The notes beneath the pieces were generated by a model. The model was given only the letters and a program-made list of their open reading frames with translations. It was not told the origin of the DNA and did not search any database. The position numbers and the translations under genes were made by a program. Shown one piece after another: positions 28,801 to 37,868 of a DNA stretch of 64,000 nucleotides (positions within the stretch are counted from its first letter, which is position 1; each line of letters opens with the position of its first letter). The stretch is from Alphaproteobacteria bacterium (GTDB lineage: Bacteria > Pseudomonadota > Alphaproteobacteria > Caulobacterales > Aquidulcibacteraceae), in NCBI GenBank assembly GCA_016124655.1, contig WGNI01000011.1, positions 64,196-128,195 on the forward strand. Direction: 5' to 3'.

Positions 28801-29358
28801 GCGCGTTCTTTCGTTGCGTAAGTCTTCCAGAAAGAGTCGATATCCATTGCGATCGGGAAACTGCGTGTAGGCGCGCCCTGTGCCGGTGAAGTCGGCGTAC
28901 AATTCGAAACAATGCCCAACATCGCAGACGATGATGAAAGGCGGCGCCGTGTGGTTGGAGTCGAGCAGGAAGACGTAGCCTTCCGCCTGCTTGCGCGCAT
29001 TGCGCATCATGACGTCCCAGCCGCGTTGCGCTGTGCGCTCGCCCTGCGGCGATTCATTGAACAGCGCCATTTGGCCGGGGAGGGCGTTCTTGCTGCCCGG
29101 GAGGCGGGATTGTTTGGCCTCGAGGATGAAGCAGTTGCGCTTATAGATGTCGATGCGCTTGGGGTTGGTCGCGTCGGCGCTTTCGCGCGGCCTTACAGGG
29201 CGTTCGAAGGTATAGTCTCCCCCGTCGCCGCCGACCGCCGCATCGGGGCGGTCGACCGCGATCACATCGCAGAGTTCGTACAGGAAACCGACATAGTTCG
29301 CCCGCTCGGCGCCATGGCTCGATTTCCACTTGGCGATGAATGTCTCGATATCCGTCAC
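25847..29358 (-). pseudogene. MmeI-family type IIL restriction-modification enzyme (N-terminal PD-ExK nuclease plus gamma-class N6-adenine methyltransferase plus TRD), split by a frameshift near 26860-26875
   Basis: The 839-aa and 339-aa ORFs overlap at 26839-26866 in different frames, and together they align colinearly with MmeI. Shared motifs are D...EAK, AHYTP, DPACGTGNFL (motif I), NPPF (motif IV), and the C-terminal FDPFPFP...GLYN. Confidence 0.65.
27645..27758. repeat. In-frame 114-bp palindromic insertion inside the RM gene
   Basis: Two hairpin-forming units (ctcccccgttcacgggggag and cccccgtgaacgggggag) in inverted orientation flank further palindromes. The segment encodes a low-complexity peptide (SSPVHGGGGRAATGGG...SSPVNGG) just before the NPPF motif. 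Confidence 0.5.
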
Positions 29359-29458
29359 GCCGCCTCCCAGCGCCGCAACTCTAAGGGGAGAATTCCCCCC
29401 AAATCCACCCCGACCCCGGTTGACCCTGCTTCCCCATTCCGGCTATATCGCCGGCTCC

Positions 29459-29495
29459 CCGCCCGGGCGCCGTCCGGGCGGCCCTTTATTTTTGG
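29459..29495 (+). promoter_or_regulatory. Terminator-like hairpin plus T-tract in the rplU leader (putative attenuator)
   Basis: The hairpin gcccgggcgccgtccgggcggc followed by cctttattttt ends about 10 nt before the rplU start. Confidence 0.4.
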
Positions 29496-29504
29496 CGAAG
29501 AACC

Positions 29505-29819
29505 ATGTTTGCGGTGATCAAAACCGGCGGAAAGCAATATCGGGTCGCGGCGGGCGATGAGATCGTGGTCGAGAAGATCGACGGCGAGCCCGGCGCGTCC
29601 GTGTCGTTCAGCGACGTGCTGATGGTCGCCGACGGCGCCAAGGTCACGGTCGGCGCCCCGCGCGTCGCCGGCGCCTCGGTCACCGGCGAGCTCGTGGCCA
29701 CGGCCAAGGGCGAGAAGGTGGTGGTGTTCAAGAAGCGCCGCCGCTCGACCTATCGCCGCAAGAACGGCCATCGCCAGCTGGAAAGCACGGTCAAGATCAC
29801 GGCCATCCAAGCCGGCTGA
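29505..29819 (+). CDS. rplU: 50S ribosomal protein L21
   Basis: The sequence MFAVIKTGGKQYRV...GEKVVVFKKRRR is an unambiguous L21. Confidence 0.9.
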   Translation: MFAVIKTGGKQYRVAAGDEIVVEKIDGEPGASVSFSDVLMVADGAKVTVGAPRVAGASVTGELVATAKGEKVVVFKKRRRSTYRRKNGHRQLESTVKITAIQAG

Positions 29820-29886
29820 TTTGTAAGGTTTCAGTCCCGTCTTCGCCCCATTCGCGGGCCACAAGACTGCCAACGGAGCACGCGCC

Positions 29887-30156
29887 ATGGCGCACAAGAA
29901 AGCAGGCGGTTCCTCTCGCAACGGGCGCGACTCGCCGGGTCAGCGCCTCGGCGTGAAGCGCTTCGGCGGCCAGCGCGTTCTGGCCGGCAACATCCTCGTG
30001 CGGCAGCGCGGGACCAAGTTTCACCCCGGCCGCAATGTCGGCTGTGGCCGCGACTATACCCTGTTCGCTTTGGTGGACGGCGAAGTGACCTTCGCCACCA
30101 AGCGAAACGGGCGGACCTTTGTATCCATCCTTCCGGCCGCGATGGCGGTCGAGTAG
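29887..30156 (+). CDS. rpmA: 50S ribosomal protein L27
   Basis: The sequence [28 protein letters not shown]...QRGTKFHPG is an unambiguous L27. Confidence 0.9.
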   Translation: MAHKKAGGSSRNGRDSPGQRLGVKRFGGQRVLAGNILVRQRGTKFHPGRNVGCGRDYTLFALVDGEVTFATKRNGRTFVSILPAAMAVE

Positions 30157-30223
30157 GCGGCGGGTTGTTCAATCCGGGCCGCCTGGCGTTTCTCAAGGCG
30201 GTTCGGTTCGGTGCTTTATGCGC

Positions 30224-30258
30224 GGGGGAGCCGGGTCGCCGGCTCCCCCGTTTCGTTT
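30224..30258 (+). terminator. Rho-independent terminator after rpmA
   Basis: The hairpin gggggagccgggtcgccggctccccc is followed by gtttcgtttc. Confidence 0.55.
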
Positions 30259-30300
30259 CGGGCGGCGCCAACCATCCCCGCGATGACGGTGGAGGCGCAT

Positions 30301-30855
30301 ATGCGCACGACGATTGAGACCGAACGTTTGACGCTGCGCCCCCTGGCGCTGAGCGACGCCAAGCGCGTGTCGGCCTTCACCTCCGACATCGACGTAGCGC
30401 GCATGGTCGGCTCCATTCCCCACCCCAACCCGGTCGCCGCGGCAGAGGGCTTCATCCAGATCATCCGCGCGCGCGCGGCCATGGCGAAGGACTACGTCTA
30501 CGCCATCGACCTGCCGGGCGAGGGCTTGATCGGCGTCGTCGGCGCGCATCGCAAACGCGCCAATGACATGGAGATCGGTTACTGGATCGGCCGGCCCTAT
30601 TGGGGCAAAGGCTTCGCCACCGAGGCGGGCCGCGCCGTCGCCGGCGCAGCGCTACGCCTAGGCCCAGTGACCGCGACGCACTTCGTCGACAACGAAGCGT
30701 CCGGTCGCGTCTTGGAAAAGATCGGCTTTGCCTATACCGGCGAGATCGAGCCGCGCTTCGCGATGGCGCGCGGCTGCAACGTCGATGCGCGCTTGATGAT
30801 GCTGCTCGCGCAGGACGCAGCGATGCGCCGCCGCATGGGGCTTCACGCTTCGTAA
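30301..30855 (+). CDS. GNAT family N-acetyltransferase (RimJ/RimL-like)
   Basis: It has the ERLTLRPLALSDA pattern and a GNAT core (GYWIGRPYWGKGFATEA). The ATG at 30301 is preferred; the track ORF starts upstream of the terminator. Confidence 0.65.
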   Translation: MRTTIETERLTLRPLALSDAKRVSAFTSDIDVARMVGSIPHPNPVAAAEGFIQIIRARAAMAKDYVYAIDLPGEGLIGVVGAHRKRANDMEIGYWIGRPYWGKGFATEAGRAVAGAALRLGPVTATHFVDNEASGRVLEKIGFAYTGEIEPRFAMARGCNVDARLMMLLAQDAAMRRRMGLHAS

Positions 30856-30984
30856 TATTTTTCTGTCTTCCGCAGGGAAATGTTTTTGCATACGGTGAAG
30901 CGCTTTTGATCGCCTTGTGTCCCGGTTCGCTGAATCCGGGCTGGCGCGCGCTCTTTGAGTTTGCGTGTTCCGCGATCGGGAGTT

Positions 30985-31058
30985 GGTGATGTAGCTCAAT
31001 GGTAGAGCGTCCGGCACGCGCCGGAAGGTAGAGGGTTCGATACCCTTCATCTCCTCCA
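30985..31058 (+). tRNA. tRNA-like gene with a non-canonical anticodon arm; identity unresolved (tRNA-Gly(CCC)-like D and T arms)
   Basis: It has a GTAGCTCAATGGTAGAGC D-arm, a GAGGGTTCGATACCCTT T-arm, and a CCA end. The anticodon stem TCCGG/CCGGA encloses only a 6-nt loop (CACGCG), and the acceptor stem has one T-T mismatch. Confidence 0.45.
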
Positions 31059-31133
31059 AACGACTAGCTCAGGTGGGTAGAGCACAAGACTGCTAATCTT
31101 GCTGTCGGAGGTTCGATTCCTCTGTCGTTGACC
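31059..31133 (+). tRNA. tRNA-like gene with class I (short variable arm) structure but a Ser-type anticodon loop CUGCUAA (anticodon GCU)
   Basis: It has a TAGCTCAGGTGGGTAGAGC D-arm, anticodon stem CAAGA/TCTTG, T-arm GGAGGTTCGATTCCTCT, and acceptor 3' strand GTCGTTG-A-CC with no encoded terminal A. Its 5' end abuts the previous tRNA, so nt 31058 would have to be shared. Confidence 0.45.
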
Positions 31134-31166
31134 GTTCGGCTGTAAACCGAACTTTTTGATCTGGGA
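31134..31166 (+). terminator. Rho-independent terminator after the tRNA-like pair
   Basis: The hairpin gttcggctgtaaaccgaac is followed by ttttt. Confidence 0.65.
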
Positions 31167-31423
31167 GGCCGGCTGCTTCCCGGCTCTTGCGCGGAACGCA
31201 AAGCTTCGGCCGAGCGGGAATCGCAAGGGCAAACGTCGATGACGCTTTGCGCCGGTGCGGATTCCGCGCCCGTGAGAGCGTTCTCGCTGAGGGCCCCGCA
31301 CGATTTCGCGCTCCGGCGCGGATCGTTGCGCAGCCCGAATGCGGATCGCTTTCGCAGACGCTTAAGCATCGGCCCGCGTCGCGGCGTGGGCGGCGGCCGG
31401 TCAACCTTTACGGATAAAGTGCT

Positions 31424-32578
31424 ATGAAAAGGCCATTGCTGATTTTTGAAGCGATTGTTCGCGACGACGAACGCGGCTTGCTGTCGCGCAACGGAAAGTT
31501 TGAGCGCCTCGTCGAACCCGGCGTATTCCGCGCCTTTGATCCCGGCAACCGCGTGTCGCTGGAGATCGTCAAGGTCGTGCGCACCGAAATGCCGGTGGAG
31601 CGCATGCTTCTGCTCGCCCGCGCGAAGCCGGAAGTCGAACGGGCGTTCACGCTTGTGCGCACCGGTCCCAGCGAAGTGGCGATCGTGTCGTTCGACGGCG
31701 AGCCGCGCCACGTGGTGACGCCGAACATGGCGCGCGCCTTCTGGTCAGTCGTGACCGACGTGACGGTCGAGCGCATCGACACGTCGGCGGAGCTGCGCGT
31801 GTCCAGGAAGCACCTCGACATGGTCAACGCCTCGGCCACGCCCAGCATCGTTTCAGCGCTCGTTGAGCCGTATGAAGCAGCGCTTCTCATCGTGGATGGG
31901 GAAGTCAAGGAGCGTCTGTCGCCGGGTCAGCACGCCTTCTGGGGCGTGAAGCGAACGGTGCGGATCGCCAAGATGGACATGCGTCCCACGCCGCTCGAAG
32001 TGACGGCGCAGGAGATCCTGACCAAGGATCGCATCGCCATTCGGGTGACGTTGACGGCGTTCTACCGCATCACGGCGCCGGAAACCGCGGCGGTCGCGGC
32101 GGCCGACCTCGCCAACACGATCTATCGGTTGGTGCAGTTCGCCATCCGCGAAGCCGTCGCGGCGCGCACCTTGGACGACATCCTTGCGGCGCGCGATTCC
32201 ATCGATTCCGAGGTGCGCGCGTTCGTGCGTGAGCGCGTCGCAGCGCTTGGCGCGGAAATCGGCGATATCGGCGTGAAGGACGTGATCCTTCCCGGCGATA
32301 TCCGCGACCTCTTGAACAAGGTCGTGGAGGCCGAACGCGTCGCCAAGGCCAACCTGATCCGTCGTCAGGAGGAAACCGCGGCCACGCGCTCCTTGCTGAA
32401 CACGGCGAAGATGATGGATGACAATCCCTTGCTGCTTCGGCTCAAGGAATTGGAGGCCTTGGAGCGCCTGGTGGAGAAGGTGGGCCGCATCGATCTGCAC
32501 GCAGGCCAGTCTGGCGGTCTGCAGGCGCTTCTGAGCGATCTCTATCGCTTACGCGGCCCCGATGGCGATCAAGCGTAA
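31424..32578 (+). CDS. SPFH (band-7/stomatin/slipin-like) domain protein with an N-terminal extension
   Basis: The C-terminal half shows an SPFH pattern (VTAQEILTKDRIAIRVT...AFYRI...) followed by a coiled-coil region. Confidence 0.55.
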   Translation: MKRPLLIFEAIVRDDERGLLSRNGKFERLVEPGVFRAFDPGNRVSLEIVKVVRTEMPVERMLLLARAKPEVERAFTLVRTGPSEVAIVSFDGEPRHVVTPNMARAFWSVVTDVTVERIDTSAELRVSRKHLDMVNASATPSIVSALVEPYEAALLIVDGEVKERLSPGQHAFWGVKRTVRIAKMDMRPTPLEVTAQEILTKDRIAIRVTLTAFYRITAPETAAVAAADLANTIYRLVQFAIREAVAARTLDDILAARDSIDSEVRAFVRERVAALGAEIGDIGVKDVILPGDIRDLLNKVVEAERVAKANLIRRQEETAATRSLLNTAKMMDDNPLLLRLKELEALERLVEKVGRIDLHAGQSGGLQALLSDLYRLRGPDGDQA

Positions 32579-32668
32579 TCAAAACTCACGGCCCGCCGCG
32601 TTCATACGAACGTGGCGGGCTTTTTGTTTTCGCGCGACGCCTCGCGCCTGCGCATGATAGATGGGCGC

Positions 32669-33172
32669 ATGACCAACATCATTCCCGCGCGCATGGCCGC
32701 AAAGCTCGATGGCGACTTCGTCGTCTTTCTCATCGGCATGCGCGTGAACAAGTGGTGGAAGGTCTGGAAATGGGCGCCGGTGGCGGCCTCCATGCCGCGC
32801 ATGCTGATCGAGCTTGGGCGGCGCCCGGAATTGGGCTTGCTGCACGCCAGAACATTTTTTGGGTTCCCGAACATATTCGTGCTGCAGTACTGGCGCAGCT
32901 TCGAGCACCTGCATCGTTATGCGGTGGACAAAAGCCTCGCGCACCTGCCGGCTTGGCGCGCCTTCAATCGCGCGATCGCCTCCAATGGCGATGTCGGCAT
33001 CTGGCACGAAACCTATCTTGTGAAGGATGGCGCGCACGAAAGCGTCTACAACAACATGCCGCCCTGGGGACTTGCAGTGGCCGGGGAGTCCGTGCCCGCC
33101 GAGGGCTCGCGCAAAAGCGCCAAAGGCCGCCTGCGTCAGACCGACGGCGCCGATCAACCGATCGACGCATAG
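32669..33172 (+). CDS. DUF4188 domain protein
   Basis: It has the VVFLIGMRVNKWWKVW pattern. The ATG at 32669 is preferred. Confidence 0.45.
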   Translation: MTNIIPARMAAKLDGDFVVFLIGMRVNKWWKVWKWAPVAASMPRMLIELGRRPELGLLHARTFFGFPNIFVLQYWRSFEHLHRYAVDKSLAHLPAWRAFNRAIASNGDVGIWHETYLVKDGAHESVYNNMPPWGLAVAGESVPAEGSRKSAKGRLRQTDGADQPIDA

Positions 33173-33834
33173 GCCGCGCGCACCGCGGCTTCAAACTCAG
33201 GCATGATCGGCGCGTAGCGTTTGGATACGGCGGCCAACGTGTCCGGCGCGGCGCTTGCCGGCGACCCGCCGGGGAAGGGCGGCGCCGGATCGTATTCGAT
33301 CGCCAATTGCACCGCGCGCGCAAGCCGCTCGCCGGCGATCTCCGCCATCAGCGTGAACGCGAAGTCCACGCCCGCCGTCACGCCGCCGCCGGTGAACACG
33401 TTGCCGTCGCGCACCACGCGCGCCGCCACCGGCGTCGCGCCGACCAGCGGCAACAGCGCGCGATAGGCCCAATGCGTCGTAGCGCGCTTGCCCATCAATA
33501 GCCCCGCGGCGCCGAGCAGAAATGCGCCCGTGCAGACCGAGGTGACATACCGCGCTCCCGCCGCCTGCCGGCGAAGGAACCCGATGAGCTCCGCATCTCC
33601 CATCGCCTCGCGCACGCCAAAGCCGCCAGGCGCACACACAACGTCAAGCGCAGGACAGTCCGCGAAGGTGGTCGTCGGCATCAGGCCCAACCCGCAGTCG
33701 CTCGGGACCGCGTCGCGGGACGCCGCAACGATATGGGTCTGCGCGTCCGGCATGCGGTGCAGCACCTGCAGCGGCCCGGTAAAATCGAGCTGCGTCACAT
33801 TGGGAAACAGCACAAAGCCGATCTGAAGCGTCAT
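33154..33834 (-). CDS. DJ-1/PfpI family protein (paralog of the gene at 1210-1875)
   Basis: It has the VCTGAF nucleophile elbow and a YDPAPPFPGGSPA tail. Confidence 0.65.
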   Translation of the reverse strand: MTLQIGFVLFPNVTQLDFTGPLQVLHRMPDAQTHIVAASRDAVPSDCGLGLMPTTTFADCPALDVVCAPGGFGVREAMGDAELIGFLRRQAAGARYVTSVCTGAFLLGAAGLLMGKRATTHWAYRALLPLVGATPVAARVVRDGNVFTGGGVTAGVDFAFTLMAEIAGERLARAVQLAIEYDPAPPFPGGSPASAAPDTLAAVSKRYAPIMPEFEAAVRAAYASIG

Positions 33835-33919
33835 GCGCGGGGCTTACACCGCCTGCGCGGTTCGCGCGAGAGGCGGGGCGGGCGTGACATGCCGCGCGCC
33901 GCATGCGAGACGCCATCGC

Positions 33920-34897
33920 ATGGTCAAAGAGGCACTCGATCACGACGCGGCGAAGCGCGCCGGCCAGGATGTCATCATCGCCGAGGCGCGCGCGCTCGAC
34001 GCGCTGGCTGCGGCGCTGGCCGGTCCGCTGGGCACGCCCTTCGCTGCAGCCTGCGCCGCGATTGCGGGCGCGTCGGGCCGTGCGATCGTCACCGGCATGG
34101 GCAAGTCCGGCCATGTCGCGCGCAAGATCGCAGCGACCCTGTCCTCCACCGGCCGCCCCGCCCAATTCGTGCATCCCGGCGAAGCCAGCCACGGCGATTT
34201 GGGCATGATCACGCGCGACGATGTGGTGCTGGCGCTGTCGCGCTCCGGCGAGGTCACCGAACTCACCGACATCATCTATCATTGCCGGCGCCTGCGCATT
34301 CCGCTGATCGCGATGACCTTCAAGCCGGACAGCACCTTGGCGAGCGCCTCCGATATCGTCTTGACCTTGCCCGATTGCGGCGAAGCCAGCGACGATGCGC
34401 CTGCGCCCACCACCTCGACCACAATGTCGATGGCCCTGGGCGACGCGATCGCCGTCGCGCTGCTGAAGTCGAAGGGCTTCAACGCCGCGCACTTCAAGGA
34501 AATCCACCCCGGCGGCACGCTTGGCGCGGCGCTGAAGCATGTCGGCGACATCATGCGCCATCACGTGCCAATGGTGAGCTCGCAGACGGGCGTTCGCGAA
34601 ACGCTCGCGGCCATGACCGATGGCCTGATCGGCTGCGTCGCCGTGGTGGAGAAGGGCGCGCTGATCGGCATCGTCACTGACGGCGATCTGCGCCGCCGCC
34701 TGACGCCCGACATGTTCGACCGCACGGCCGCTGATCTCATGACCGCCAATCCGCGCGTCATCACCAGCGACGCGTCGCTCGCCGATGCGATCGCCGTGCT
34801 GAACGAGTTGAAGATCACAGTGTTGTTTGTCGTGGAGAACGGCGCCCCGATTGGCGTCGTTCACATGCACGATTTGTTGAGCGCCGGCGTGCGCTGA
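33920..34897 (+). CDS. kdsD: KpsF/GutQ family arabinose-5-phosphate isomerase (SIS plus tandem CBS domains)
   Basis: SIS motifs are present (GMGKSGHVARKIAATLSSTG), followed by two C-terminal CBS domains. The ATG at 33920 is preferred. Confidence 0.75.
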   Translation: MVKEALDHDAAKRAGQDVIIAEARALDALAAALAGPLGTPFAAACAAIAGASGRAIVTGMGKSGHVARKIAATLSSTGRPAQFVHPGEASHGDLGMITRDDVVLALSRSGEVTELTDIIYHCRRLRIPLIAMTFKPDSTLASASDIVLTLPDCGEASDDAPAPTTSTTMSMALGDAIAVALLKSKGFNAAHFKEIHPGGTLGAALKHVGDIMRHHVPMVSSQTGVRETLAAMTDGLIGCVAVVEKGALIGIVTDGDLRRRLTPDMFDRTAADLMTANPRVITSDASLADAIAVLNELKITVLFVVENGAPIGVVHMHDLLSAGVR

Positions 34898-34921
34898 CGC
34901 GATTGGGAGGGGACTTAAAGC

Positions 34922-35995
34922 ATGCAAGCGCCATTTCGTCTGTTCGGGGCCGAACTCTCGCCATACTCGATCAAGGTGCGCGCCTATCTGCGCTTCAAGG
35001 GCCTTGAGCATGAATGGATCGCGCGCAACATGGGCAATCAGGCGGAGTTTCAGCGCTACGCGAAACTGCCGCTGATTCCCGTTCTCGTCGACGCGAACGA
35101 TCGCGCGTTTCAGGATTCCACGCCGATCATCGAAAGCCTGGAGACGCAATTCCCCGAGCCGTCGATCCTGCCGGACGATGCGGCGCTGCGGTTTGTCTCC
35201 GCGCTGCTGGAGGACTACGCCGACGAATGGCTCAACAAGGCGATGTTCCACTATCGCTGGTCCTATGAAGCCGATCAGCTCAGCGCCGCCGAGCGCTTGG
35301 CGCAGGCGATGTTCGCGGACGCAGAGGGCGTTGATGTGCAATCGGTGGCCGCGAGCGTGCGCGAACGGATGATGGGCCGGCGCCACCATGTCGGCTCCAG
35401 CGCGGACACTGCGCCTGTGATCGAAGCCGCGTTCACGCGACTCTTGGCCAACCTTGAGGCGCATCTGGCGTCGCGCGCGTATCTCTTTGGCGCCCGCCCC
35501 GCGCTGGCGGATTTCGGCTTGGCCGCGCAATGCGCGCAATTGCTCTCCGATCCCACGCCCGGCGCGATCATGCGCGCGCAGGCGCCGTGCGTCGTCGCGT
35601 GGACGCAGCGCACGATGAACGCGGCGTCCGTCGAAGGCGCATTCGAGTCGCTGGACGCGCTGGCGCCCACGCTCAAGCCGATCTTGTCAGCGGATATCGC
35701 CGGCGTGTTTCTGCCTTGGATGGCCGCCAATGCCGACGCCATGAACGAAGGCGCGGAATCGCTCTCGCTCGAGATTGCGGGCGCCGCCTATCAGCAGGCG
35801 CCGCAGAAATACGCCGCGCGCGCCTATTCGGAACTCAAAGCCAAGCGCAGGGCGCAGAATTCGGACGCGCTTGCAGCGCTGCTGGAGGAGACGGGCTGCT
35901 CGGCGTATTTGCCTGGCGCTGCCGCAAGCGAAGAGCCGCCGCAATCGGAAGACGATGGCGGCGAACCGGAAGACGACGCGTCGGATGACAGCTGA
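34922..35995 (+). CDS. Glutathione S-transferase-like protein with an acidic C-terminal tail
   Basis: It has a GST N-terminal thioredoxin-like fold pattern (LFGAELSPYSIKVRAYLRFKGLEHEW...PVLVD...DSTPIIESLE). Confidence 0.55.
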   Translation: MQAPFRLFGAELSPYSIKVRAYLRFKGLEHEWIARNMGNQAEFQRYAKLPLIPVLVDANDRAFQDSTPIIESLETQFPEPSILPDDAALRFVSALLEDYADEWLNKAMFHYRWSYEADQLSAAERLAQAMFADAEGVDVQSVAASVRERMMGRRHHVGSSADTAPVIEAAFTRLLANLEAHLASRAYLFGARPALADFGLAAQCAQLLSDPTPGAIMRAQAPCVVAWTQRTMNAASVEGAFESLDALAPTLKPILSADIAGVFLPWMAANADAMNEGAESLSLEIAGAAYQQAPQKYAARAYSELKAKRRAQNSDALAALLEETGCSAYLPGAAASEEPPQSEDDGGEPEDDASDDS

Positions 35996-36026
35996 TGCGC
36001 CGGCAGGCGGCTGAGGCCGTGCGTGT

Positions 36027-36638
36027 ATGACTGCAATCGAGCGCCTGTTCGCGACGCGGCTCTATCGCGCGAACATCGACGATGATGCACTTCTGGATGA
36101 GCTGGAGGCGTCCTGCGCCTCGCTGGCGGATGACGATTCCGCCGGCCGCGCCTGGTCGCAGCAGAATGGCTATTCTGGCTACACCTCTTACGCCTCGCTC
36201 AATGATCTGACCTGGCGCATGCCGGCCTTTGCGGCGCTGGAGCGCATACTCGATGCGCATGCGGCGCGCTTCGCACGCGCGCTCGATTTCGATCTGCAGC
36301 GCAGGAAACTCGTCTGCGACAGCCTCTGGGTCAATGTGCTCGAACCCGGCGGCGCGCACAGTGGACATATCCATCCCCACAGCGTGCTTTCAGGAGTTGC
36401 CTACATCGCCATCCCTGACGGCGCGTCCTCGATTCGCTTCGAAGATCCGCGCCTGGCGATGATGATGGCCGCGCCGATGCGCAAGCCCGGAGCGCGCGCC
36501 GACAATCGGACCTTCGTGCATGTCGCGCCAGAGCGCGGAGCGATCCTGATGTGGGAAAGTTGGCTGCGCCACGAAGTGTTGCGCAATGACGCCGAAGAGC
36601 CGCGCGTATCCGTCAGCTTCAATTACGCGGTGCGTTAA
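36027..36638 (+). CDS. TIGR02466-family putative 2OG-Fe(II) oxygenase
   Basis: It has the HIHPHSVLSGVAYIAIP pattern that characterises this family. Confidence 0.5.
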   Translation: MTAIERLFATRLYRANIDDDALLDELEASCASLADDDSAGRAWSQQNGYSGYTSYASLNDLTWRMPAFAALERILDAHAARFARALDFDLQRRKLVCDSLWVNVLEPGGAHSGHIHPHSVLSGVAYIAIPDGASSIRFEDPRLAMMMAAPMRKPGARADNRTFVHVAPERGAILMWESWLRHEVLRNDAEEPRVSVSFNYAVR

Positions 36639-36662
36639 GCAATCCCGTCGAGCTTCTGCGCA

Positions 36663-37259
36663 TCACGCTGCATGCGACGCGTTGCGCCCGAGCAGTTCAC
36701 GCGCCAGCGCCTGCATGGCGCGGTTGGCGTCTTCAAACGGCTTCGGCGACTTCCGCGCGCGTGACAGCACAATCGCGCCCTCGATCGCGCCGATCATGGC
36801 GGAGGCGAAAATCGCCGCATCGCTTTCCGTCATGCCCCAACTCATCGCTGCGATCGCGATTTCATGCTCCCAAGCCGAGAATGCCTCACGCGCGACCTCG
36901 GCGATTTCAGGCGCATCGCTGGCGCTTTCCAGCGCCGCAACCGCGACAAGGCAGCCGTTCTGATAGGCGCTGTCTTCCAGATCATGCGCCCAGGTAGACA
37001 TGGCGTTGTTGATATAGCTCTCCGCGGTCTTGTGCTTGCGCGCGCGCTCGCGCACGCGTTCTGAGATCATCGCGCTGACGCTGCGGATCGCCTCCTGCAC
37101 CAGCTGCGTTTTACCGCCAGGGAAGTGGAAATAGAGCGAGCCGCGCGGGGCGCCGGACACCTCCAGAAGCTCCGCCAGGCCTACGCCCTCGAAGCCCCGC
37201 TTGCGGAATAGCGTCATCGCGGCGCGCAGCATCTGCGCCTTCGCGTCCGACTTTGTCAC
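36663..37259 (-). CDS. TetR/AcrR family transcriptional regulator
   Basis: It has an N-terminal HTH (AAMTLFRKRGFEGVGLAELLEVSGAPRGSLYFHF). Confidence 0.75.
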   Translation of the reverse strand: MTKSDAKAQMLRAAMTLFRKRGFEGVGLAELLEVSGAPRGSLYFHFPGGKTQLVQEAIRSVSAMISERVRERARKHKTAESYINNAMSTWAHDLEDSAYQNGCLVAVAALESASDAPEIAEVAREAFSAWEHEIAIAAMSWGMTESDAAIFASAMIGAIEGAIVLSRARKSPKPFEDANRAMQALARELLGRNASHAA

Positions 37260-37382
37260 AAAAAATTCCTCCGTCGCCGGCTTGTATGACGACCGGTCTA
37301 TATATAGGTTTCTATGACGATCGGTCTAGATATGTCTGGTTCGGTCGGGTGTGTCCACTCTGTGTGTGAAAGGAGGCTCGCC

Positions 37383-37748
37383 ATGATGCGCGCCCTCAAA
37401 ACTCTCGGTCTTTCCGCCTTCGCCTTGGGCCTTCTGGCCGCCCCCGCAGTCGCCGGCTCTGACGCCGAAGACCGCGCCGCCGCGATTTCCGCTTGCCGCG
37501 CCTCGCTTGCTGGCGAAGCCGGCGTCCTGGCGACCCAGGACAACATTTCGTTCGACCGGTCCCGCACCAAGCCGCGCGTGATCGAAGTCCGCTTCCGCGT
37601 CAGCGGCCGCGACGGCGCGGTCTGGTACGCGCAATGCGACGTCCGCCGCGGCTCCGGCGAGATCACGAGCATCGTCCACGGCCCAGGCGCGAACATCGCA
37701 GTCGCCCAGGCGCCGGCTCTCAGATCGACCCAGCTCCCCGCGCGCTGA
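37383..37748 (+). CDS. Hypothetical secreted protein
   Basis: It has a signal peptide (MMRALKTLGLSAFALGLLAAPAVAG). The internal ATG at 37383 is preferred. Confidence 0.45.
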   Translation: MMRALKTLGLSAFALGLLAAPAVAGSDAEDRAAAISACRASLAGEAGVLATQDNISFDRSRTKPRVIEVRFRVSGRDGAVWYAQCDVRRGSGEITSIVHGPGANIAVAQAPALRSTQLPAR

Positions 37749-37868
37749 TCGCCCCGATCGCGCACGGACCTTAGCGCGCGGTCCCGCAAGGGATCGCGCG
37801 TTTTTTATCTGACGCCGCGCAACCCTCAGGCTAACCCACAGGGTGTTGATGCGCGGAAAGAGAGTCGG

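Noticed and set aside
33154-33172. 19-bp overlap between DUF4188 (+) and DJ-1/PfpI (-) as a possible antisense regulatory arrangement
   Set aside because: Short convergent 3' overlaps are common in compact high-GC genomes, and there is no structure or motif to suggest regulation.
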